Part shown: positions 7,410 through 19,358 of the stretch, one piece after another
Layout: each line of letters starts with the position of its first letter
How positions within the stretch are numbered: position 1 is the first letter of the stretch
Origin: an uncultured Candidatus Binatia bacterium
GTDB lineage: Bacteria; Desulfobacterota; Binatia; UBA9968; JAJDTQ01
Direction: 5' to 3'
NCBI GenBank assembly: GCA_965215605.1
Contig: OZ244070.1
Span: 2,656,001 to 2,720,000, forward strand
Length of the DNA: 64,000 nt
Translations under genes and position numbers: made by a program
Notes under the pieces: model-generated
Told to the model about the DNA's origin: nothing
What the model saw: the letters and a program-made list of their open reading frames with translations, nothing else
Database searches by the model: none

Positions 7410-9254
7410 TCAGGTGTGCCGCAGCCCCGCCAACCCGCCGCCTCCGGTGAGCAGGCGCACCAGTACGTTGGCGCCGACGATGATCATCACCAGGAAAAGG
7501 GTCACGGCGCCGGAGTGCTGGGTCATGTCCTGTTCGTTGTAGTTGAAGATCACTCCGGTGAGCACCATGTTGGCCGGCGACAGCAGCAGGATGATCAGGG
7601 ACAGTTCGCGGGTGGCGGTGATGAAGGTCAGCAGCATGCCCGCGATGACGCCGCTCGACGACATGGGTATGATGATCCTGGCCATGCGCCGGAACCAGCC
7701 GATCCCCTGGACCCGCGCGGTTTCCTCCAGGGATTTGTCGATTTGCAGTATGGCGGCGATGCCGGTGCGCGAAGTGAAAGGCAGGTTCTTGACCACCGTG
7801 ATCAGGACTAGGATCGTGAATGTGCCGTACAGCGCCGGCAACGGTCCCCATGGAGTCGAGAACATGCCGATGTAGATGGCGCCGAGGGCGATGGAGGGGA
7901 AGATGTAGGGCGCAAAGGCAACGCCCTCGAGCCACCGCGCCAACAGGGTGCCGCGGCCGCGTACCGCCGCGTAGCCCACCAGCAACCCGAGCAGGCCGTT
8001 GCACACCGCCGCGAGCACGCCCAGCTTGATGCTGTTCCCCAACGCCGTCAGGATGCCGGGGGAGTGGATGATGCCGGGTTCGCCATAGGCGAAGTCGGTG
8101 TGGCTCTCGCCGACCCAGAAGTGCGTCGTCAGGCCACTCAGGGAATAGTCGCCCGGCGTGATGACCAGAGATTCCCAAAGCAGGATCAGCAAGGGTAGCA
8201 CGACCGTCACGGCAAGAAACGCGGCGACCCCGATGGTGGCCGGCCATTGCCAAAGCCCGAGTTTGATCTCGCGTTGCCGGAAGCCCTTGCCGGTGAGGGT
8301 CACGAAGCTCCTCCGGATGCCGATCACCCGGCTGTTGATCCAGATGAACGTAATCGCCATGACGATCAGCACCAGGGCGAGGACGAAAGCGTCGCCGCTG
8401 TTGCGGGCGTTCAGTGAAGCATAGATCTGGGTCGAAAAAGTAAAGAAGCGGACCGGCAGCCCCAGCAGCGCGGGCGTCCCGAAGGTGCCGAGAATGCGGA
8501 TGAAGGTGAGCACCACGGCGGAACCGAGCGCGGGCAGCAGCAGGGGAAACGTGATCCGCCACAGCCGTTGGCGCCGGTTCATGCCGGCGATGGCGCCCGC
8601 CTCTTCCAGCTCCGAGTCCACCGTCGCCAGAGCGCCCGACATCAGCAGAAAGCCGTAGGCGTAGTAGTGCAGCGCCAGGCAGATGACGATGGGAAAGAAG
8701 CCGTAGCTCACCCAGTCGGGCGGCTGCACGCCGAAAAAACTGGTGAACATGCCCTCGGCGCCGCCGATCCGGTCGTTCTTGAAAAGACTCAGCCACGCCA
8801 GCGCCAGCACCCATGACGGCATCATGTACGGCACCACCACGAGCGCTCCGAACACACCTTTGAAGCGGATGTTGGTGCGCACCATCAGCCACGCCAGGCC
8901 GCTTCCGATGCTGACGCCCAGAATGGTCACACAGACGCCGACGGCGACGCTGTTGAACAGCGGCTTCAGGAATAGCGCCTTGGAGAGCGGCCCGGTGAAG
9001 ACCCGTTCGAGGTGGAACAGGGTGAAGGAGCCGACCTTGGCCTCCGGCCTGTAGGCGAGGTCGTAGCTCTGGTAGACCAGCGCGTCGTGGATGATTTCGA
9101 AAAGCGGCCCCAACACCAGCACGGACAGGACGGCGAGGCACAGGAGGCCCAGGATCTTCTCGGGCTGGTTCAGCAGCCGATAGAGGTGATAGGTGAGATT
9201 GCTCCGTGAAAGGAGCGGAGGCTGGCTACCGGAAGAGGCCGTATCCAATGACAT
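7410..9254 (-). CDS. ABC transporter permease, FbpB/iron(III)-type (two fused TM modules)
   Basis: Two EAA loops (ELEEAGAIAG, SLEETARVQG), FGTPALLG, many TM helices. Confidence 0.9.
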   Translation of the reverse strand: MSLDTASSGSQPPLLSRSNLTYHLYRLLNQPEKILGLLCLAVLSVLVLGPLFEIIHDALVYQSYDLAYRPEAKVGSFTLFHLERVFTGPLSKALFLKPLFNSVAVGVCVTILGVSIGSGLAWLMVRTNIRFKGVFGALVVVPYMMPSWVLALAWLSLFKNDRIGGAEGMFTSFFGVQPPDWVSYGFFPIVICLALHYYAYGFLLMSGALATVDSELEEAGAIAGMNRRQRLWRITFPLLLPALGSAVVLTFIRILGTFGTPALLGLPVRFFTFSTQIYASLNARNSGDAFVLALVLIVMAITFIWINSRVIGIRRSFVTLTGKGFRQREIKLGLWQWPATIGVAAFLAVTVVLPLLILLWESLVITPGDYSLSGLTTHFWVGESHTDFAYGEPGIIHSPGILTALGNSIKLGVLAAVCNGLLGLLVGYAAVRGRGTLLARWLEGVAFAPYIFPSIALGAIYIGMFSTPWGPLPALYGTFTILVLITVVKNLPFTSRTGIAAILQIDKSLEETARVQGIGWFRRMARIIIPMSSSGVIAGMLLTFITATRELSLIILLLSPANMVLTGVIFNYNEQDMTQHSGAVTLFLVMIIVGANVLVRLLTGGGGLAGLRHT

Positions 9255-9280
9255 GGGTCAGGACTTCCGTTTTCTTCCGC

Positions 9281-10390
9281 TCACGCGGGCTGGCTTTGAT
9301 TGAACAGATTGTTCTCCGATGCGACGTCGAAGAAATTCATCGATTGCGCGTCGAAGTCGATCCACAGGGGGTCGCCGAGGTCCATCCGTATGAAGCCCGG
9401 TTGCAGGAGGGTGATGGAACGGTTGTCGGTCCGGGCTTGCAGGATCGTGTCGGCTCCCTTCGGCTGAACCGATTCCAGCGTTACCCTCAGCCAGTCCTCC
9501 CTGGCTTCGGTCGATACATGGATGCTTTCGGGGCGAATGGTGGCGACGAGGTCCTGCGCGTTCGCAGGCGGGTCGCCGGGGATCGGCAGCCATAGATCGC
9601 CGCAATCGAGGCCCGCCGCGCCGTCCCTCCAGTTGATTTTGCCGGCCAGCCGGTTGATCCCGGGATCGCCGATGAAGTCGGCGACGAACAGGTTCGCGGG
9701 ATGGTGATAGATCTCGTAGGGCGTGCCCTGTTGCTTGACCACGCCCTTGTCCATGACAACGATGATGTCGGATAGCGTCAGGGCCTCGATCTGATCGTGG
9801 GTCACGTAAACGGTGGTGGCGTTGAGGTCACGGTGCAGCCGCTTGAGTTCGCCGCGCATTTCCGTACGCAGCTTGGCGTCGAGGTTGGACAGGGGTTCGT
9901 CCATGAGCAGGATGGACGAGCGTGACGCGATCATGCGCGCCAGAGCCACGCGCTGTTGCTGCCCGCCGGACAGCTCCGACGGGTAGCGGAGCTGGTATGG
10001 CTTCATCTGTACCTTGTCGAGGGCGGCCTCGAGGCGCTCGGCGGTCTCGCCCACGCTCAGGCCCAGTTGCTTCAGGCCGAGGGTGATGTTCCGCTCCACC
10101 GTCATGTGGGGCCAGAGCGCGTAGCTCTGGAAGATGAGCCCGAGGTTGCGGCTCTCGGGGGGAATGATCACGCCCTTCTGGCGAGAAAAGATGAGCCTGT
10201 CGCCGAACCGGATCTCACCCGCTTCGGGTTCCTCCAGTCCGGCGATCACGCGCAACGTCGTCGTCTTGCCGCAACCCGATGGTCCCAGAATGGTCAGGAA
10301 AACACCCGGCTCGACGGTCAGGTCCAGATGCCGCACGGCGACTTCCTTGCCGTACGACTTCCGGATCCCTGTGAGATGGATCTCCTCCAT
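9281..10390 (-). CDS. ABC transporter ATP-binding protein (PotA/FbpC/MalK class)
   Basis: GPSGCGKTT, LSGGQQQRV, LMDEPLSNLD, C-terminal TOBE region. Confidence 0.95.
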   Translation of the reverse strand: MEEIHLTGIRKSYGKEVAVRHLDLTVEPGVFLTILGPSGCGKTTTLRVIAGLEEPEAGEIRFGDRLIFSRQKGVIIPPESRNLGLIFQSYALWPHMTVERNITLGLKQLGLSVGETAERLEAALDKVQMKPYQLRYPSELSGGQQQRVALARMIASRSSILLMDEPLSNLDAKLRTEMRGELKRLHRDLNATTVYVTHDQIEALTLSDIIVVMDKGVVKQQGTPYEIYHHPANLFVADFIGDPGINRLAGKINWRDGAAGLDCGDLWLPIPGDPPANAQDLVATIRPESIHVSTEAREDWLRVTLESVQPKGADTILQARTDNRSITLLQPGFIRMDLGDPLWIDFDAQSMNFFDVASENNLFNQSQPA

Positions 10391-10396
10391 GCGTGG

Positions 10397-11641
10397 CTAT
10401 TTGCTCGAGTGCACCGTCCAGAAGTCCCGGACCTTGGGTCCCCGCTTCCACATGTACGCGGCGTCCACGTTCCAGCCCTCCATGTCGTCCCAGATCTCGC
10501 CGCCTGCCGGCAGCGGCACGTCACTCCGCGGGCTCACCGTACCTGGGTCGAAATAGGGAGCCAGACCCTGCAACAGGGCCATGCTGGCGCCCTTGTCGTA
10601 GGGCTTCGAGAGCTTCGAATCCTTGCTCAGCTCGAGGCTGCCCAAGAGGTAGGCGGTAAACAGCTTGGCCGCGTTGGGGTGCGGCGCCTGGCGCGCGATG
10701 GCGGTAAAGGTCGGGTAGACCAGCTTGCCCACCGGATCCACCTTGGCCAGGATCTTGTTGACATAGCCCTTGGAATCGTTGCGCGCGATATAGGTCATGT
10801 TGGCGAACGCGATCAGGGGCCTCTTCTGACCCTTATTGCCCGAGGCGCGGGCGAGTTTCGAGCCCGACTTGAAGATGACCAGGTCATTGGCGAGCATCCG
10901 CGCCCAGAACTCCTGCCCGGCGTCGGCGACCCCTTTGCTCAATTCGATGGGCTTGCCGGCATGGCGCTGATAGGCGGCCGCCATTTCATCGGGACGCTGC
11001 ATAAGGGTCATGACGCCCATCAGGGTGGAGCCCGACGACAGCGGGTTCTTCATGCCCACCCGGCCCTTGAACTTGGGCTCGGTCAACTCCCACACGTTCT
11101 TGACGGGCGGCGCGTCCGGGTAGGCCTCCCGGTTGTAGAGAAAGACCATGGCCTCGTTGACGCGGATCAGCAGCGGGTCGCGATTCTCCTTCGGGATACG
11201 ATCCTTGTAATGGTGCGGCACGTAGTTGACGAGACGGTTCTTGTTAAGCATCTCGTAGATCACCTGACCCGAATTGCCGGTGGTGACGATGTCGGCGTTG
11301 AAGATGTTCGCGTTCTGCTCGCGAATGGTCTTCTCCACCGATTTGACCGACCCCAGGTCGTGCACGGTCACCTTGATCTCCGGGTGAATCTTGGCGAACG
11401 GCTTCACCAGCTTGGCGATGCGGCCGGAGGAGGTGTAGACCACCACCTCGCCTTCGGCTTTCGCCTTGGCGACGATGTCGTCCCAGTTTTCGTCCTTGTC
11501 ATAGGGGCCGAGCTTGGCCGCCTTCAGCCAAGCCTCCATCTCGGGCGGCGGCTTGGAGGCGGCGCTGGCGGCAGTGACGAAGGAAAGGGCGAACAGGGCG
11601 GCCATGAGCACCCCGGCCAAACGCGTAATGAGCTGTTTCAT
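10397..11641 (-). CDS. ABC transporter substrate-binding protein (Fe3+/polyamine cluster)
   Basis: Signal peptide MKQLITRLAGVLMAALFALSF..ASAA, KAKAEGEVVVYTSS, APHPNAAKLF; start reassigned to ATG 11641. Confidence 0.85.
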   Translation of the reverse strand: MKQLITRLAGVLMAALFALSFVTAASAASKPPPEMEAWLKAAKLGPYDKDENWDDIVAKAKAEGEVVVYTSSGRIAKLVKPFAKIHPEIKVTVHDLGSVKSVEKTIREQNANIFNADIVTTGNSGQVIYEMLNKNRLVNYVPHHYKDRIPKENRDPLLIRVNEAMVFLYNREAYPDAPPVKNVWELTEPKFKGRVGMKNPLSSGSTLMGVMTLMQRPDEMAAAYQRHAGKPIELSKGVADAGQEFWARMLANDLVIFKSGSKLARASGNKGQKRPLIAFANMTYIARNDSKGYVNKILAKVDPVGKLVYPTFTAIARQAPHPNAAKLFTAYLLGSLELSKDSKLSKPYDKGASMALLQGLAPYFDPGTVSPRSDVPLPAGGEIWDDMEGWNVDAAYMWKRGPKVRDFWTVHSSK

Positions 11642-11814
11642 GTTATTCTCCCCCCGGGTGAATGCACCCGGTTCATCAACAAGGGCGGCGAGACTCCGTT
11701 CGCTGTCATCAAGGAACACTGCCACGCTACGCCGATTCATGCCGCAGGCGCAAGGCCCTTCACCGCCCCGGCCTGTCGCCGCGGGGACCGGACGAGATCG
11801 TGGAAGGACCACGC

Positions 11815-12423
11815 ATGGCCATCCCTCTTCCTTCGCTCAGCTTGATCGCCCGGGGTCTCGACCCCCACGGCGCCGATCTTTACATCGGCGGGACCGCGGC
11901 GGCGCGTGACGTCGACCTGTTGCGGCGGCATGACATATCGATCGTCGTCAACACCGCGGTCAACGTGGACGTGAATTACGTCGCCGCGCCGGGCGACGGC
12001 GAGGCCGGGGAATCGAACGCCGTGTGCCGTGCCGGATTCGCGCCGTTCCGGGTCTTCAAGCTGGGGCTGGTGGACGGCGAGAATCCCCCCGGCATGATGC
12101 TCGGCGGGTACTGCATTCTCCACGGCGCGCTGCATCAGACCATGCCGCACAAGGAGAGCTACCCCCCACAGGCGCGGGGCAACGTGCTCGTCCACTGCCG
12201 CGAGGGCCGCAGCCGCTCCGTGGCCCTGGCGGCGCTCTATCTCCACCTGCAGGACCCGACCCGTTTCCCCGAGCTCGAGGCCGCGGTTGCCGTGGTGAGG
12301 GTCAAGCGCGGATTGCCTCCGGAAGAGTGGTTTGAGGCGCCGAACAAGGAGATGATCGACGCCGCGGCAGAGGCGGCGCGCGCCATCCGGTCGCTGCGCG
12401 ACCACGGGGTCCTTGCAATCTGA
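11815..12423 (+). CDS. Dual-specificity/protein-tyrosine phosphatase family protein
   Basis: P-loop VLVHCREGRSRS (HCx5R), LYIGG, LVDG acid loop; start reassigned to ATG 11815. Confidence 0.8.
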   Translation: MAIPLPSLSLIARGLDPHGADLYIGGTAAARDVDLLRRHDISIVVNTAVNVDVNYVAAPGDGEAGESNAVCRAGFAPFRVFKLGLVDGENPPGMMLGGYCILHGALHQTMPHKESYPPQARGNVLVHCREGRSRSVALAALYLHLQDPTRFPELEAAVAVVRVKRGLPPEEWFEAPNKEMIDAAAEAARAIRSLRDHGVLAI

Positions 12424-12536
12424 GGACGCCGATTGTGGCGGTCGCAGGGCGAGACGTTCACCCCCACTTGTGCTAGCATGCCGTCTCCCTGAAGAAATAC
12501 GGTGCTCATTTCTGTTCCGAACGACAGGAGGAAACC

Positions 12537-13691
12537 ATGTCGAGCTTCAAACGGGTCGCGCTGCTGGCGGCCGGATTGGCGCTGGCGGCGGCCGCGCCCA
12601 TCGCCGGGTCGGCCGAGACCATCAAGATCGGCGTCACCCAGCCTCTCACCGGCGCGGTGGCGGCGTCCGGCAACTATGTCGCCCAGGGCGCCAAGATCGC
12701 GGAGTCGTTTCTCAACGCGTCCGGCGGTCTGTTGGGCAAGAAGGTCCAGTTGATCATCGAGGACAACAAGAGCAATCCGAAGGAAGCGGTGGCCACGGCC
12801 GAAAAGCTCATCGTGCGCGACAAGGTGCCGGCGCTCATGGGGGCGTGGAGCTCCACCTACACCCTGGCGGTGATGCCGAAACTGATGGAGTACGGCGTGC
12901 CCATGGTGGTCGAAACCTCGTCCTCGGGCAAGATCACGACCTCGGGCAATCCCTGGATCTTCCGCATCAGCCCGACCTCGGCCATGGAAGCCCAGTCTTT
13001 CGGCACCAAGGTCGGTCAGTTCAACATCAAGAAGGCCAACTTCCTGGTGGTCAACAACGATTGGGGCCTGGGGGCGTCCAACCAATTCCAGAAGATGCTC
13101 AAGAGCAAGGGCATCGCCGTGGGCGTGGTGGAAACCATGGATGCCAAGGCCACGGACATGAGCGCCCAGTTGGCGAAGATCAAGGCGGCGGGCGGGGATA
13201 CCGTGTTCGTCACCACCGGCGTCGAGCAGATCACCCTGGTGCTGAAGCAGATGAAGGAGCAGCGGGTCACGCAACGGGTGATCACCACCGGCGGTTCGTC
13301 ATCGCCGGACCAGTTGATCGCGCAGGCCGGCGCGGCCGCGGAAGGCAGCTTCCACCTGCTGTTCTTCGCTCCGTGGTTCCCGGGCTCGGCGCCCAACCCG
13401 GAAGTCGCCACCGCGTTCGTCAATGAATGGAACAAGCGCGGCCACAACTTCGCCGGCCTGACCGAGGGTTTCCGCGGCCATGACGGCATCATGACCATCG
13501 CCGCCGCCATCAAGGCCGCCGGCAAGGCCGAGCCCAAGGCCATCCAGAAGGCCCTCTGGGGGGTCAAGGTGGACGGCGTCAACGGCGACATCGCGTTCAT
13601 CAAGCAAGGCCCCAAGGGCAAGGAGAGCGCCCAGAACATTCCCAACGTCTACGTGGTCACCATCAAGAACGGCAAGGTCGCGCTGCCCTGA
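12537..13691 (+). CDS. Branched-chain amino acid ABC substrate-binding protein (LivJ/K family)
   Basis: Signal peptide, IKIGVTQPLTG, IEDNKSNP; AGGAGG RBS. Confidence 0.9.
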   Translation: MSSFKRVALLAAGLALAAAAPIAGSAETIKIGVTQPLTGAVAASGNYVAQGAKIAESFLNASGGLLGKKVQLIIEDNKSNPKEAVATAEKLIVRDKVPALMGAWSSTYTLAVMPKLMEYGVPMVVETSSSGKITTSGNPWIFRISPTSAMEAQSFGTKVGQFNIKKANFLVVNNDWGLGASNQFQKMLKSKGIAVGVVETMDAKATDMSAQLAKIKAAGGDTVFVTTGVEQITLVLKQMKEQRVTQRVITTGGSSSPDQLIAQAGAAAEGSFHLLFFAPWFPGSAPNPEVATAFVNEWNKRGHNFAGLTEGFRGHDGIMTIAAAIKAAGKAEPKAIQKALWGVKVDGVNGDIAFIKQGPKGKESAQNIPNVYVVTIKNGKVALP

Positions 13692-13813
13692 CGCTGTCAC
13701 AGGCGTGGCGGCTGACGAAAGCCGTCCGGCCCTGACTTGACGCACGCCTTTTCCGGAACTCCCGGGAGGGGCGTGCGCCGGGGCCGGCTCTCGCCGTTCC
13801 CGAATGTCTCGCC

Positions 13814-14686
13814 GTGCCCGAATTTCTCCAGCACCTCCTCAACGCGCTGATCCTCGGCGGCACCTATGCCCTCCTGGGCATCGGACTGACGCTGATCTTC
13901 GGCATCATGCGGGTGGTCAACTTCACCCACGGCGAGCTCTATACCTTCGGCGCCTACATGGTGTTTTTCTTCGTCATGGTGCTGGGCGTGAACTTCTTCG
14001 CCAGCATCCTGCTGGCCATGGCCCTCGGCGTGGTCCTCGGCGCGCTGATCGAGTTCGTGCTGCTGCGCCCGCTCCGGGGCGCCGACATCGATACCACCAT
14101 GCTGGTCATGATCGGCGCCTGGATCGCGATGCAGAACCTGGAGCAGTTCGCCTGGACCGGCATCGCCAAGTCCATCGACCATCCCTTTCCCCTGGACCCC
14201 CTGGTCATCGGGGAGGTGTCGGTTTCCTGGGTCCGGGTTTTCGTCTTCGCCTTCGCGGTGCTGCTGATCGCCGTCACCTACCTGCTGATCCATTGGACAC
14301 GTCTGGGCAAGGCCATGCGCGCGACCTTTCAGGACCGTGAGACCGCGGCGCTCATGGGCGTCAACGTCAAGGGCATCCATACGCTGACCTTCGCCTTCGG
14401 CTCCTGCCTCGCGGCCGCGGCCGGCGCCCTGCTGGGCCCGGTCTTCGTGGTGGCGCCGACCATCGGCGACCTGGCGGCGCTCAAGGCCTTCGCCATCGTC
14501 ATCCTGGGCGGTCTCGGCAGCATCCCCGGCGCCACCCTCGGCGGCTTCGTCCTGGGCCTGGCGGAGGAACTCGGCGCGGGCTACATCTCGTCCGGCTATC
14601 GCGACGCCATGGGCTTCCTGCTGATCATCCTGGTACTGGTGTTCAAGCCGACGGGGCTGTTCGCGGCCAAGGAGCGCATCGGGTGA
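13814..14686 (+). CDS. livH: Branched-chain amino acid ABC permease LivH
   Basis: YALLGIGLTLIFGIMRVVNFTHGE, GKAMRAT, ILGGLGSIPGA. Confidence 0.9.
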   Translation: MPEFLQHLLNALILGGTYALLGIGLTLIFGIMRVVNFTHGELYTFGAYMVFFFVMVLGVNFFASILLAMALGVVLGALIEFVLLRPLRGADIDTTMLVMIGAWIAMQNLEQFAWTGIAKSIDHPFPLDPLVIGEVSVSWVRVFVFAFAVLLIAVTYLLIHWTRLGKAMRATFQDRETAALMGVNVKGIHTLTFAFGSCLAAAAGALLGPVFVVAPTIGDLAALKAFAIVILGGLGSIPGATLGGFVLGLAEELGAGYISSGYRDAMGFLLIILVLVFKPTGLFAAKERIG

Positions 14687-15711
14687 GGCACGCGGTCACA
14701 GCCGCCTGGGTGGTGTTCCTGTTCTCCATCCCGCTGTGGATGACGGACCTCTACATCCTCCATATCCTCATCAGCGCCGGCATCTTCACCATCGCCGCCA
14801 TAAGCCTCAACCTGCTGCTCGGCTACACCGGGCAACTGAGCCTCGGCCACGTGGCGTTCTTTGGCATCGGCGCCTATACCAGCGCGCTGGTGTCCCTGGG
14901 CTTCGACCTCGAGTTGACCGGCTCCTACACGTTCGTGTTCGCGCCCCGGTCGGTGTGGGTCGCCTTCATCGCCGGCATCGCCGCCGCCGGCCTGTTCGGG
15001 TGGCTCATCGGCAAGATCGCCTTCAAGGTCCGCGGCGCCTATTTCGTCATCGTCACCATCAGCTTCGCCGAGGTCGTGCGGCTCATCTCCCTCAACTGGG
15101 TCGACCTCACCGAAGGCCCCATGGCGCTCAACAACATCCCGCCGTTCGGCGTCGCCATTCCGGGTCTCTGGGAACAGACCTTCTACCAGAAGCTGCCCAA
15201 CTACTACCTGGTCCTGGTCGTGACCATCGTTTCCTACGTCGTGGTCCGGCGCCTGGTGCGGTCCCGGGCCGGGCGGGCCATGATCGGGTTGCGCGAGAAC
15301 GAGGCCCTGGCCTCTTCCGTCGGCGTCGACGTCACCCGCTACCTGGTCCTGGCGACGATCATTTCGGCGGCCATGGCCGGGGCCGCCGGCGGGCTCTACA
15401 CCCACTATATCCGCATCGTCGATCCCGACATCTTCCTGTTCATCTACACCGTGACCATGGTGATCATGGTGGTCACCGGCGGCAAGGGGACCACCGCCGG
15501 CCCGGTGGTGGGGGGCCTCATCTTCGGCATCCTGCCGGAGGTGCTGCGGGAGTTTGCCAGCCCCGAGGTGCAGTGGGTGATCTACGGCGTGTTCATGATC
15601 GCCGTGGTGTTTTTCCTGCCGCAAGGCATCGTGCCCGCGGTCACGTCGTGGTGGAAAGCGCGTTTCGCCGCCCCCGAGGGCGGCCTCGGCACCCCGGAGG
15701 GAGCGCGGTGA
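14683..15711 (+). CDS. livM: Branched-chain amino acid ABC permease LivM
   Basis: SLNLLLGYTGQLSLGHVAFFGIGAY, RGAYFVIVT, GGKGT. Confidence 0.9.
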   Translation: MRHAVTAAWVVFLFSIPLWMTDLYILHILISAGIFTIAAISLNLLLGYTGQLSLGHVAFFGIGAYTSALVSLGFDLELTGSYTFVFAPRSVWVAFIAGIAAAGLFGWLIGKIAFKVRGAYFVIVTISFAEVVRLISLNWVDLTEGPMALNNIPPFGVAIPGLWEQTFYQKLPNYYLVLVVTIVSYVVVRRLVRSRAGRAMIGLRENEALASSVGVDVTRYLVLATIISAAMAGAAGGLYTHYIRIVDPDIFLFIYTVTMVIMVVTGGKGTTAGPVVGGLIFGILPEVLREFASPEVQWVIYGVFMIAVVFFLPQGIVPAVTSWWKARFAAPEGGLGTPEGAR

Positions 15712-16476
15712 CGGATACCGCACTCAGCGTCGAGGGCCTCACCGTCCACTTCGGCGGTCTGGTGGCCGTGTCCAACGTGGATTTCGTCGTCCGCGAAGGC
15801 GAGATCGCCAGCCTCATCGGCCCCAACGGGGCCGGCAAGACCACCGCCTTCAACGTCATCACGGGGTTCCTGCGGGCCAGCGCCGGCAGCGTCCGCTACC
15901 GCGGCGCTTCCCTGGACGGCCTGCGGCCCAACGACGTCGCCGACCTGGGCGTTGTCCGGACTTTCCAGAAGACGAGCCTCTTCAGCGGATTGAGCGTCAT
16001 CGACAACATGCTGATCGGCTTGCACCGCCGGGGCCGTGGCCGGGTCTGGGAAATCCTGCTGGCGCTGCCGCGCATCAAGGCAGAGGAACGCGACCTGCGG
16101 GCGCAGGCGGCCGGCATCCTGGAACAGGTGGGTCTGTCCCACCGGGGCGGCGAGCTGGCGTCCGACCTGCCCTACGGCGAGCAGCGCCTGCTGGAGGTGG
16201 CCATCGCCCTGGCGGCGCGGCCGTCGCTGCTGTTGCTGGACGAGCCGGCCTCCGGAATGAACCCGTCGGAGACCCAGGACTTCATGAACCGAGTCTCGGC
16301 CATCCGCGACCAGGGGACCACCATCTTCCTGGTGGAGCACGACATGCGGGTGGTCATGGGCATCTCCGACCGGGTCATCGTGCTCAATCAGGGCATCATC
16401 CTGGCCGAGGGCACGCCGGAAGAGATCCGCCGCCACCCGGAGGTCATTCGGGCCTACCTGGGAGGGGCAGCCGCCG

Positions 16477-16484
<8 letters not shown>
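15708..16484 (+). CDS. livG: Branched-chain amino acid ABC ATP-binding protein LivG
   Basis: True start GTG 15708 inside the longer ORF; GPNGAGKTT, LPYGEQRLLE, LLDEPASG, RAYLG. Confidence 0.9.
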
Positions 16485-17181
<697 letters not shown>

Positions 17182-17473
17182 CAACCGGAGAACTTCCCAT
17201 GGATGACCGCACCTTCCACCTCTTCGCCGGCGTCGCCCCACGGACCCACGAATTGTCAACGTTATTTGTGACGCAGGACGCTAGGCCCAACTGCCCAAAC
17301 TTGTTATAGTCCTCCTTTCGGATCGCACGCCGTTGAAGCTCCGTTTCCCGAGCCGGAAACCGTCCGGAAATTCCGGCCATTTCCAGGGCGCTCACAAACA
17401 AACGCATCTGGATTCGCAACTCCGCGCACACCCGGTCTGCTTGAGGGTGCAGGCGAAAAGGGGAGGGTAACCG

Positions 17474-19330
17474 ATGGATGTCGCCGCTTGCCGCGAGACG
17501 GCGAAACTTCGCAACATCGCGATCATCGCACACGTCGACCACGGCAAGACCACGCTGGTGGACGCGATGCTGTGGCAGAGCGGAACGTTCCGGGCAAACC
17601 AGGACGTCCGCGAGCGGGTGCTGGACTCCATGGACCTCGAACGGGAGAAGGGCATCACGATCATGGCGAAGAACGCCTCCGTGACCTACGGCGGCGTCAA
17701 GATCAACATCGCCGACACGCCCGGTCACGTGGATTTCGGCGGCGAGGTGGAACGCACCCTGAGGATGGTCGACGGCGTGATGCTGCTCGTCGATGCCGCC
17801 GAGGGGCCGATGCCCCAGACCCGCGCGGTGCTGGCCAGGGCGCTGGAGCTGGGACTGCCGCCCATCGTGGTCATCAACAAGATCGACCGCCAGGACGCGC
17901 GCCCGGCCGAAGTCCTGAACGAGATCTACGACCTGTTCATCGACCTGGGCGCCAACGAGGAACAGATCGAGTTTCCGGTCATCTACTCCGTCGCCCGGAG
18001 CGGAAGATGCACGCCGTCGCCGGGCGGCGAGCTCACCGATCTTCGGCCGCTGTTCGAAACCATCCTCGCGCACGTTCCCTCGCCCGCCGGAAACCCGGAC
18101 CACCCGTTGCAGATACTGGTGACCAACGTGGCGCCCGACGACTACCTCGGACCGCTGGCCATCGGCCGCGTGGTGGACGGCACGGTGCGGAGCCGTCAGC
18201 CGGTGACCCTGTGCCGGCGCGACGGGTCGCAGACCCCGGCCGCGGTGGCGGAGCTGTTCATCTACGAAGGGGTCGGGCGGGTCCCGGTGCCGTCGACCGG
18301 CCCCGGAGAGATCGTCGCGCTGGCGGGCATGACCGGCATCGGGCTGGGCGAGAGCATTGCCGACGGCGAGGATCCCAAGCCGCTGCCGGTGCTCGACGTG
18401 GAGGAACCGACGCTGTCGATGGAGTTCTCCATCAACGATTCCCCCTTCAGCGGCAAGGACGGCCGCTACCTGACCTCACGCCACCTCCGGGCGCGCCTGC
18501 TCAAGGAGGCCGAGCACAACCTCGCCATCCGGGTGGAGTCCATCGAATCTTCCGAGCGCTTCCTGGTGTACGGCCGGGGAGAGCTGCAGCTTGCCGTCCT
18601 GATCGAACAGATGCGGCGGGAAGGGTACGAGTTTTCGGTTGGCATGCCGCGGGTGTTGACCCGCACCGTCGGCGGCGCGACCCACGAACCGTGCGAACTG
18701 GCCATCATCGAAACGGATGAAGAGTACCAGGGAATCGTGGTCCAGAAGCTCGGCGCGCGCCGGGGCGTGCTGGTCAGGATGGCGGACCGCGGCTCGGGAA
18801 GGGTCCGCCTGGAGGTCGAGGTGCCCAGCCGCGGTTTGATCGGATACCGGACCGAGTTCCTCACCGACACCAAGGGCACCGGAACCCTCACCCACATGTT
18901 CATCGGATACCGGCCTTGGGCCGGCGACATCGTCCACCGCTCCACCGGCGCGCTGGTGGCGGACCGCAGGGGCCGCGTCACCGGCTATGCGATGTTCAAC
19001 CTGCAGGAGCGGGGCGAACTGTTCGTGGGGCCTACCGAGCCGGTGTACGGCGGCATGCTGGTGGGACAGAGCAGCCGCGACAAGGACCTGGACGTGAACA
19101 TCACCAAGGAGAGGAAGCTGACGAACATGCGGTCCTCCGGCCTCAAGGGTATCGAGAAGATCGTGCCTCCGGTGCGCATGTCCCTGGAGCAGGCCATCGA
19201 GTTCATCCGCCACGACGAGCTGATCGAGGTCACGCCGTGCAATCTCCGGCTTCGAAAACGCCACCTCGACTCCAACGAACGGAAATTTCACGCACGCCAG
19301 GCGGAGGGTTCTCTCCAGACCGCCGGATAG
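17474..19330 (+). CDS. typA: Translational GTPase TypA/BipA
   Basis: [59 protein letters not shown]. Confidence 0.95.
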   Translation: MDVAACRETAKLRNIAIIAHVDHGKTTLVDAMLWQSGTFRANQDVRERVLDSMDLEREKGITIMAKNASVTYGGVKINIADTPGHVDFGGEVERTLRMVDGVMLLVDAAEGPMPQTRAVLARALELGLPPIVVINKIDRQDARPAEVLNEIYDLFIDLGANEEQIEFPVIYSVARSGRCTPSPGGELTDLRPLFETILAHVPSPAGNPDHPLQILVTNVAPDDYLGPLAIGRVVDGTVRSRQPVTLCRRDGSQTPAAVAELFIYEGVGRVPVPSTGPGEIVALAGMTGIGLGESIADGEDPKPLPVLDVEEPTLSMEFSINDSPFSGKDGRYLTSRHLRARLLKEAEHNLAIRVESIESSERFLVYGRGELQLAVLIEQMRREGYEFSVGMPRVLTRTVGGATHEPCELAIIETDEEYQGIVVQKLGARRGVLVRMADRGSGRVRLEVEVPSRGLIGYRTEFLTDTKGTGTLTHMFIGYRPWAGDIVHRSTGALVADRRGRVTGYAMFNLQERGELFVGPTEPVYGGMLVGQSSRDKDLDVNITKERKLTNMRSSGLKGIEKIVPPVRMSLEQAIEFIRHDELIEVTPCNLRLRKRHLDSNERKFHARQAEGSLQTAG

Positions 19331-19358
19331 CCCGCCGGGCCGATACAGGCCCCCAGGT

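Noticed and set aside
17182-17473. Possible tRNA or riboswitch upstream of typA
   Set aside because: No cloverleaf or known aptamer consensus is recognisable by eye; an Rfam/Infernal scan would be needed
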